Source of the DNA: Octopus sinensis | Lineage: Eukaryota | Assembly (NCBI RefSeq): GCF_006345805.1 | Contig: NC_042997.1 | Span: 196,292,001 to 196,356,000 of the forward strand | Reading direction: 5' to 3' | DNA length: 64,000 nt | Shown: piece after piece, positions 54,886-64,000 of the stretch | Layout: each line of letters starts with the position of its first letter | How positions within the stretch are numbered: the first letter of the stretch is position 1 | Translations under genes and position numbers: made by a program | Notes under the pieces: generated by a model | Told to the model about the DNA's origin: nothing | Databases searched by the model: none | What the model saw: the letters and a program-made list of their open reading frames with translations, nothing else

Positions 54886-56365
54886 CAGGATCGAAGCAAT
54901 CAATGCATTAGCTATACCAGGATCGAAGCAATCAATGCATTAGCTATAACAGGATCGAAGCAATCAATGCATTAGCTATACCAGTCGTGACTTACAGTTT
55001 CAATATTGTTAACTGGTCAATTACTGAAATATGTCAGCTCGACAGAAAAATAAGGAAACTGTTGACAATGCATAGAATGCACCACCCTAAGGCAGATACA
55101 GAACGACTCTATCTGCCAAGAAAAGAGGGAGGCCGTGGTCTTTTGCAACTGGCAATAACAATGAAGATTGCTACAATTGGCCTAGACACCTACCTGAAAA
55201 ACTCTGAGGACTGGATGTTAAAACTTGTCTCAAAACATGAAAACAAGAAAGCATCATACTCAGTCACAAAACAGGCAAAGGAATATCTAAGTGAATTCCG
55301 AATACAACCAATTTCGGAATTAGAGATAGACATACAAGAAACAAGCACAGAAAAAGCTAGTCGCATGAAAACCCGTGCCAAAACTGCGGCCTTAGATATT
55401 CTGAATAATAAATGGCAAGAAAAACCTCTCTACGGCAAATACCCAAAGAGAGCGAATAATGCAGATATCGACAAAGCCCTGACCCATCAATGGCTAATGG
55501 CCTCTGGCTTAAAATCTGAAACAGAGGGGTTTATCATAGCAGCTCAAGATCAATGCCTACCAACAAGAAACTACCAGGCCAACATATTAAAGATCAGAAG
55601 CAGTCCAACGTGTCGTGTATGCAAGCAACAAAATGAAACCATTGACCATGTGGTCTCCAAGTGCAGTCTTCTAGCGCCTACAGAGTATCTCAACAGGCAC
55701 GATAGAGCTGCACAATATATTCACTGGGTAATCTGTAAAAACCTGGATTTGCCCCATGAAAAAAACTGGTGGGAACACAAACCACCCCCAGTGCTTGAAA
55801 ATGACCACATCTCACTCCTCTGGAACTTCACCATTCAAACTGACAGGAAGATAGATGCAAATAGGCCAGACATCATATTGAAAGACTTCAAACAAAGAAC
55901 ATGCCTCCTCATTGATATGACTGTCCCAATCGATATAAACGTATCTGTCAGGACCTACCAAAAACTGAGCAAATATAAAGATCTTGAAATAGAAATCAGC
56001 AAAATGTGGAAGCTGAAGACTAAAACAATACCTGTTGTCATAGGTGCCCTGGGAATGATAGCAAAAGGGGCTGATAGCTACCTAACTCAGATACCAGGAA
56101 ACCCAAAAATGGCAGAAGTTCAAAAGATAGTGCTCATGGGAACTGCCCATATCCTACGCAAAATACTTTCTATGTAATCTAGAGTTTTAAAAGAAACATA
56201 ATTTTCTTTTTTTTTTTTGACATTCATTAGTACAACACTAAATACAAAACCAAATATATGGCACACTAGGCATAACATTACGAACTTCCAACCCGTTGTC
56301 TCTTGAGGTCTCTGGGTGAGACTTGGAGCCAACTTGTGCAAATGTAAAGCAAAAATCAAACATAG
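54886..56365 (+). mobile_element. Dong-like LINE copy 2, 5'-truncated, with an uninterrupted 396-codon C-terminal frame (54987-56177)
   Basis: Contains the CCHC knuckle CRVCKQQNETIDHVVSKC and endonuclease motifs NRPDIIL..LLIDMTVP..KLSKYKDL. The RT catalytic core is absent, and (AAT)n lies on both sides. Confidence 0.95.
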
Positions 56366-56378
56366 AATAATAATAATA

Positions 56379-56443
<65 letters not shown>

Positions 56444-56445
<2 letters not shown>

Positions 56446-57924
56446 GGATCGAAGCAATCAATGCATTAGCTATACCAGGATCGAAGCAATCAATGCATTA
56501 GCTATAACAGGATCGAAGCAATCAATGCATTAGCTATACCAGTCGTGACTTACAGTTTCAATATTGTTAACTGGTCAATTACTGAAATATGTCAGCTCGA
56601 CAGAAAAATAAGGAAACTGTTGACAATGCATAGAATGCACCACCCTAAGGCAGATACAGAACGACTCTATCTGCCAAGAAAAGAGGGAGGCCGTGGTCTT
56701 TTGCAACTGGCAATAACAATGAAGATTGCTACAATTGGCCTAGACACCTACCTGAAAAACTCTGAGGACTGGATGTTAAAACTTGTCTCAAAACATGAAA
56801 ACAAGAAAGCATCATACTCAGTCACAAAACAGGCAAAGGAATATCTAAGTGAATTCCGAATACAACCAATTTCGGAATTAGAGATAGACATACAAGAAAC
56901 AAGCACAGAAAAAGCTAGTCGCATGAAAACCCGTGCCAAAACTGCGGCCTTAGATATTCTGAATAATAAATGGCAAGAAAAACCTCTCTACGGCAAATAC
57001 CCAAAGAGAGCGAATAATGCAGATATCGACAAAGCCCTGACCCATCAATGGCTAATGGCCTCTGGCTTAAAATCTGAAACAGAGGGGTTTATCATAGCAG
57101 CTCAAGATCAATGCCTACCAACAAGAAACTACCAGGCCAACATATTAAAGATCAGAAGCAGTCCAACGTGTCGTGTATGCAAGCAACAAAATGAAACCAT
57201 TGACCATGTGGTCTCCAAGTGCAGTCTTCTAGCGCCTACAGAGTATCTCAACAGGCACGATAGAGCTGCACAATATATTCACTGGGTAATCTGTAAAAAC
57301 CTGGATTTGCCCCATGAAAAAAACTGGTGGGAACACAAACCACCCCCAGTGCTTGAAAATGACCACATCTCACTCCTCTGGAACTTCACCATTCAAACTG
57401 ACAGGAAGATAGATGCAAATAGGCCAGACATCATATTGAAAGACTTCAAACAAGAACATGCCTCCTCATTGATATGACTGTCCCAATCGATATAACGTAT
57501 CTGTCAGGACCTACCAAAAACTGAGCAAATATAAAGATCTTGAAATAGAAATCAGCAAAATGTGGAAGCTGAAGACTAAAACAATACCTGTTGTCATAGG
57601 TGCCCTGGGAATGATAGCAAAAGGGGCTGATAGCTACCTAACTCAGATACCAGGAAACCCAAAAATGGCAGAAGTTCAAAAGATAGTGCTCATGGGAACT
57701 GCCCATATCCTACGCAAAATACTTTCTATGTAATCTAGAGTTTTAAAAGAAACATAATTTTCTTTTTTTTTTTTTTGACATTCACTAGTACAACACTAAA
57801 TACAAAACCAAATATATGGCACACTAGGCATAACATTACGAACTTCCAACCCGTTGTCTCTTGAGGTCTCTGGGTGAGACTTGGAGCCAACTTGTGCAAA
57901 TGTAAAGCAAAAATCAAACATAGA
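56444..57924 (+). mobile_element. Dong-like LINE copy 3, a near-identical tandem duplicate (period 1558 bp) with two 1-bp deletions
   Basis: It has the same 5' junction and triplicated 32-mer as copy 2. Frameshifts lie at about 57452 and 57495. Confidence 0.95.
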
Positions 57925-57940
57925 ATAATAATAATAATAA

Positions 57941-58460
57941 TAAACCTGACATTGTTTTTGTGAAAAGAACAGAATGGAAACATGTCAGATACTTGACATA
58001 CATTGATATGGTCATATCAGGATGGAAGTGAAAGAAGATGAAAAAGCTATGATGAAGTGAGAAATATGCAGATTGTAGGCATTGAAGAAAATGGACGTGA
58101 TACCAATAGTGAATGGTGCTATTGGTAGTATCAGTACACACCTACCAACATGGCTCCCAAAAGATTTAAACGAATGTATAAATAGAGCACCCACAAAAAT
58201 CATCATTGCAGGGTTCTTGAAGCATGATCAGTAAACAAGTGTCACCTTAGTCTGCTGGCTGTTGTCAGCTGGCAAGGCAATTGGAAACTCCATGCAAAAC
58301 AAAAACACCAGGACTTACAAAGCAGCCTTATTGGACACAGCTCACATCTTAAGGAAAGTATTATCTGTCTGAGATCCTTGTTGTGACTTGACAGATGACT
58401 AAAGACTCCGGTGCATTTTTAACCTACACTTCATTACGAAGGAATAATAATAATAATAAT
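57941..58460 (+). mobile_element. Fourth, unrelated and decayed R4/Dong-like 3' end with an (AAT)n tail followed by (GAA)n
   Basis: KPDIVF..VIPIVNGAIGSIS..KAALLDTAHILRKVLSV*. Confidence 0.75.
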
Positions 58461-58542
58461 GATAAAAAGAAGAAGAAGAAGAAGAAGAAGAAGAAGAAGA
58501 GAAGAAGAAGAAGAAGAAGAAGAAGAAGAAGAAGAGAAGAAG

Positions 58543-58573
<31 letters not shown>

Positions 58574-58589
58574 GGGCAAGTGCCGTCTG

Positions 58590-59000
58590 CTGCTCAGAAC
58601 GTCTGTCTTTACGTTCTGAGTTCAAATTCCGCCTTTCATCCTTTCGGGGTCGATTAAATAAGTACCAGTTACCTGCTGGGGTCGATATAATTGACTTAAT
58701 CCGTTTGTATGGCGAGCTGGCAGAACCGTTAGCACGCCGGGCGAAATGTGTAGCTGTATTTCGCCTGCCATTACATTACGAGTTCAAATTCCGCCGAGGT
58801 CGACTTTGCCTTTCATCGTTTCGGAAGCATTTTCTGAGTACACACACATACATACATGCATACATACATACATACATACATAAACACATACATACATGCA
58901 TACATATATACATGCATACATACATACATGCATACATACATACATACATACATACATACATACATACATGCATACATACATACATACATACATACATACA

Positions 59001-59031
<31 letters not shown>

Positions 59032-59090
59032 CGATCGACTTACTCCGTTTGTCTGTCCTTGTTTAGCCCCTTGTGGGTAGTAAAGAAATA
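58590..59090 (+). mobile_element. Rearranged SINE type 3 pieces with an inserted (CATA)n tract at about 58845-59030
   Basis: The family motifs are present and interrupted by the microsatellite. Confidence 0.75.
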
Positions 59091-59255
59091 GTTAAAAATT
59101 AAAAACCGATAGAATATGTACGAGACTTAAAAAAACGTACATAAATACTAAGATGTACGATTTCTTCGACTGATCTTTCAATGCGATACTCCGTGGCTGC
59201 AGTACAATAACTGGAACAAGTAAAAAGATGAATTAAGTGTTAAGAGTCGATGAGT

Positions 59256-59674
59256 GGAACTTTTCGGTTTGAAAGGCAGATTTTCTAGCGGTGTCATATG
59301 AAATTGCCACCCATAATTATGACCCTAGAATCGATCTATTGCATTTCAATGTGTTTTAGGGTTTGGGTTAGGGGTGGGGGGAAGGGTATCTTTTTTTCTT
59401 CAGAAATGTAAATAAACCCAATCTGTTTCTTAAACGAGGGACATATTCATACGGCACAGAATGTTTTCACCTCAATAGACGTCATTGATTGGTTGAAATT
59501 GCAGAAATTGAAGAAAAAACAACAACAAATATCTTACAAACTATAGAATTTTCTCAATAAAGCCAAGAGAAAAAGATGTTTTATAAACACATCCTACCAG
59601 TATACGAAGTTTAAAAGTGTTTAGTTACCGTGGAAATTGTTTTAAAAAACTGCCGTTCAAACCGAAAAGATCCC
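59256..59674. mobile_element. MITE with TIRs of about 19 bp
   Basis: TTTTCGGTTTGAAAGGCAG pairs with CTGCCGTTCAAACCGAAAA. The right end is followed by tandem GATCCCAATGA. Confidence 0.75.
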
Positions 59675-60303
59675 AATGAGATCCCAATGAGATCCCAAAA
59701 CGTAGCATCTGCACTCCTATATCCGTTTGAGGTGGTAACCTCTGTAGCGATAATTTCCGATTTCATTTTGTCTCTTTTGTACGTTGTATTGTGTAACCAC
59801 GAAGAATAAAAACCACGTGACTTGCTTTTTACATTCTTTTCTGCATATTTAGCTTTTCACTATCATCCTGCGGGTGACCAAACATGAACACTCAAGATAG
59901 ATTAATAAGTCATCCTCATGCTGTTTCTTTTGTTTTTTTTTTTTTTTTGTTTTTTTTTTAAATGTAATCTTCTGTTTTATTAAATAATAAACATTAATTG
60001 GGTTCGACGAAAACTAATTAAACAAAATTACTAATTACACAGGAGAGAGTAACTTGACAGAATTTAATTTATATTCAACTTTGTTCCAGACGATTCTCCT
60101 CGTGTTCTTTTTCTATTTCAATAACAGAGAACAATAAATAATAAAAAATAAAAAATAAAAAAACAAAAACAAAACTAAAAGAGTAACTATTTTAAAGCTG
60201 GAAAAAGGAACAAAAACATCTCCTTCACTTTCAGCAAACTTCTCCCCCTCTCCCGCCCAGTCTGTATAACAACACATACACACAGGTATATACACAGACA
60301 TGC

Positions 60304-60377
<74 letters not shown>

Positions 60378-60401
60378 ATATGTATATATATATATATATA
60401 T

Positions 60402-62228
60402 AATCAAATGCTAAGGTTATTCGAGAACGTACGTTTCAAGATTAGTCAAAACAACATTTCTATCATCGGCTCGGAATTCCTTGGTTTGGATTTGGAAACA
60501 CTGAAAATAAGAACATACCCTCTCGAAGATCTGCTCCCAACTAACAGTGTCAACAAATTCAAAATAAGCAAGCGAAGAATCTCTGTTCTCCCCTTTCCAC
60601 CAGCGTGGGTTAAAATCATCAAACTCTATGTTATTTCGGTAAAGTCCGAAGCATTAATCAGAGGGAGATTAATTATAATTTCAACAATTGAGGGCAAAAA
60701 AATTAATATTATTAATCAATTTCACCAAGTGTTCAGTATGCAAAGGGACCATTCAAGGCGAATTCAAATTATTACATTATATAAAAGGGCTTAGTAAAAT
60801 AAATTACTTTGCCGCATACTGAACTATTAGAAATAGCAGCTAAAAAACTTTTTTAAGGCTATTTCTAATACTTAAAGAAAATCTCTCTCATATATAGTGT
60901 TTGCATAATTTAACTCACAAAAGTTGGGGGTAATGACATCGAAAAATCAAATGCTAAGGTTATTCGAGAACGTACGTTTCAAGATTAGTCAACAACAACA
61001 TTTCTATCATCGGCTCGGAAATTCCTTGGTTTGGATTTGGAAACACTGAAAATAAGAACATACCCTCTCGAAGATCTGCTCCCAACTAACAGTGTCAACA
61101 AATTCAAAATAAGCAAGCGAAGAATCTCTGTTCTCCCCTTTCCACCAGCGTGGGTTAAAATCATCAAACTCTATGTATTTCGGTAAAGTCCGAAGCATTA
61201 ATCAGAGGGAGATTAATTATAATTTCAACAATTGAGGGCAAAATTAATTAATTATTAATCAATTTCACCAAGTGTTCAGTATGCAAAGGGACCATTCAAG
61301 GCGAATTCAAATTATTACATTATATAAAAGGGCTTAGTAAAAAAATGACTTGCCGCATACTGAACTCATTAGAAAAGCAGCTAAAAAACTTTTTTAAGGC
61401 TATTTCTAATACTTAAAGAAAATCTCTCTCATATATAGTGTTTGCATAATTTAACTCACAAAAGTTTGGGGTAATGACATCGAAAAATCAAATGCTAAGG
61501 TTATTCGAGAACGTACGTTCAAGATTAGTCAAACCAACATTTCTATCATCGGCTCGGAAATTCCTTGGTTTGGATTTGGAAACACTGGAAATAAGAACAT
61601 ACCCTCTCGAAGATCTGCTCCCATCTGCTATTTCTAATGAGTTCAGTATGCGGCAAAGTAATTTATTTTACTAAGCCCTTTTATATAATGTAATAATTTG
61701 AATTCGCCTTGAATGGTCCCTTTGCATACTGAACACTTGGTGAAATTGATTAATAATTAATTAATTTTGCCCTCAATTGTTGAAATTATAATTAATCTCC
61801 TCTGATTAATGCTTCGGACTTTACCGAAATAAGCATAGAGTTTGATGATTTTAACCCACGCTGGTGGAAAGGGGAGAACAGAGATTCTTCGCTTGCTTAT
61901 TTTGAATTTGTTGACACTGTTAGTTGGGAGCAATCTTCGAGAGGGTTTGTGGTTTATTTTCTATTTCAGTTTTCCAAATCCAAACCAAGGAATTCCGAGC
62001 CGATGATAGAAATGTTGTTTTGACTAATCTTGAAACGTACGTTCTCGAATAACCTTAGCATTTGATTTTCGATGTCATTACCCCCAAACTTTTGTGAGTT
62101 AAATTATGCAAACACTATATAGAGAGAGATTTTCTTTAAGTATTAGAAATAGCCTTAAAAAAGTTTTTTAGCTGCTATTTCTAATGAGTTCAGTATGCGG
62201 CAAAGTAATTTATTTTACTAAGCCCTTT

Positions 62229-62235
<7 letters not shown>
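60402..62235. repeat. Unit of about 543 bp in 2.25 direct copies followed by about 1.1 inverted copies
   Basis: AATCAAATGCTAAGG starts at 60402, 60945 and 61486. Orientation flips at about 61623. Confidence 0.95.
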
Positions 62236-62259
<24 letters not shown>

Positions 62260-62379
62260 CATACATCACAATCAAGGAACGGCCATAATAGGCCATTCAC
62301 CCACTAGAAATAACAGCCAAAGCTTCAACCGCAAAATAACATCAATTCCGTAAACCAGGAGAAAATATATACATAAATA

Positions 62380-62482
<103 letters not shown>

Positions 62483-62644
62483 TGTATGTATGTATGTATG
62501 TATGTATGTATAGAAAACTGTCCTATGTAACTAAATATACCTACATTGTTTTAAACAAAACTACATTGTTTTAAACTTATGGCCACAGTTTGCTGTCACT
62601 AAAGCAGGTGAATGCTGAAACTGTAATATTAGTATGTAGATAAA

Positions 62645-63480
62645 GTGGCGAGTTGACAGAATGCTTAGCGGTATTTTGTCTGCCGTTACGTTCAAATTCC
62701 ACCGGGGTTGACTTTACCTTTCATCCTTTCGGAGTAGATAAATTAAGTACCAGTTACGCACTGGGGTCGATATAATCGACTTAATCCGTTTGCGTGTCCT
62801 TGTTTGTCCGCTCTGTGTTTAACCTCTTGTGGGTAGTAAAGAAATAGGTGTTTTGTCTGTCTTTATGTTCTGAGTTTAAACTCCGTTGAGGTCGACTTTA
62901 CCTTTCATCCTTTCGGGGTCGATAAATTAAGTACCAATTGCATACAGTGGTCGATCTAATCGACTGGCCTCCTCCCAAAAATTTCGGGCCTTACTTAGCG
63001 GTATTTCATCTGCTGTCACGTTCTGAGTTCAAATTCCGCCGAGGTCGTCTTTACCTTTCATCCTTTCGGAGTCGATAAATTAAGTACCAGTTACGCACTG
63101 GGGTCAATGTAATCGACTTAATTTTGTCTGTCGATAAAATTTGTCTTTGAAAAATTATGAGAACATTTCTAAAAACGTTTGCACTATGTCTATCTATCAT
63201 ACCAGAATTACATAGAAATTTACATCATATTTCATTCGGCTATGCACAAATAGGAATAATATAATGTACCTTAAGGCGTCGAGCTGGCAGAAACGTTAGC
63301 ACGCCGGGCAAAGTGCTTAGCGGTATTTTGTCTGTCGTTACGCTCTAGGTTCAAATTCCGCCGAGGTCGACTTTGCCTTTCATCCTTTCGGGGTCGACAC
63401 ATTAAATACCAGCTGCATACAGGAGTCGATCTAATCGATTGTCCCCCTCCCCCAAAATTTCGGACCTTGCGCCTAGTGTA
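62645..63480 (+). mobile_element. SINE type 3 multimer (62645-63080) and monomer (63283-63480)
   Basis: The family motifs are repeated. Confidence 0.8.
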
Positions 63481-63616
63481 GAAAATAATATGATTGCATT
63501 GTTTTAAACTTTTGGCCACAGTTTGCTTTCATTAAAACAAGCGAATGCTGAAACTGTAATATTAGTATACAGAATAGGCTGACAGAAGCTTAGCGGCATT
63601 TCGTTCGTACAAATTC

Positions 63617-64000
63617 GAACCTGGCTACGAAGTTCTTCCCCACCCAGCTTATTCTTTAGACCTTTCTCCAACTGACTACCACTTTTCAAGCACCTAAACC
63701 CGAGTTTTTCAAAAAGGTTATGGTGACTGTTTGGTGGCGTACTGCTGGACTCATCCACTATAACTTCTTAGAACCCGGAAATAGACACATATTGCCGTGA
63801 TATTGCCAAATTAAACTAAAAACTACTACTCCTCCGTCTCAGACTAGTCAACAGAAGAGGGTCAATCATTCTTCATGACAATGCTCGACCACACGTTTCA
63901 CTAATGACTCTGCAGAAGTTGAGGGAACCTGGCTACGAAGTTCATCCCCACCCAGCTTATTCTCTAGACCTTTCTCCTACTGACTACCACTTTTCAAGCA
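63617..64000 (+). pseudogene. Mariner transposase remnant, out of order and duplicated (period 308 bp), running off the window end
   Basis: GYEVLPHPAYSLDLSPTDYHF precedes KKVMVTVWW..GLIHYNFLEPG and IILHDNARPH..GYEVHPHPAYSLDLSPTDYHF. Confidence 0.85.

Noticed and set aside
54562-54903. 113-aa minus-strand ORF repeated at 56120-56461 and partly at 57735-57983
   Set aside because: It is an antisense reading of the LINE 3' UTR plus the (AAT)n tail.
54886-54982. CRISPR-like 32-bp repeats
   Set aside because: The units abut with no spacers, encode part of the LINE ORF, and the context is eukaryotic with no cas genes.
59355-59386. Telomere-like TTAGGG and G-quadruplex tract
   Set aside because: It holds only two TTAGGG-like units, internal to a MITE, and is not an interstitial telomeric array.
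60300-60794. 164-aa ORF as a gene
   Set aside because: It starts in a microsatellite, lies in the 543-bp repeat unit, is frameshifted in the other copies, and has no recognisable domain.

Overview
This is AT-rich, repeat-saturated eukaryotic genomic DNA. I infer an octopod cephalopod from the SINE families I recognise and the very high microsatellite density; this was not checked against a database. I cannot support any host protein-coding gene, RNA gene or CRISPR array. Most track ORFs are microsatellite translations. The window contains decayed or truncated mobile elements: three or more SINE families, R4/Dong-type LINEs with a restriction-like endonuclease sitting in (TAA)n, CR1-like and RTE-like LINE 3' ends, two mariner remnants, a DD37D (maT) element, MITEs and many long inverted repeats. 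The main unannotated signal is about 14 type I hammerhead-ribozyme motifs from at least 8 unrelated repeat families. Most have self-complementary helix III, many lie in or next to the inverted repeats, and two families carry a compensatory U3:A8 core. Hammerheads in Penelope-like elements and retrozymes are an established class, so any novelty lies in these particular families and variants. All folds were done by eye and activity is untested. Other notable structures are a 3.4-kb hammerhead-bearing palindrome with a template-switch duplication, a Dong-like LINE array with a mappable recombination breakpoint, and a 543-bp tandem-plus-inverted repeat.
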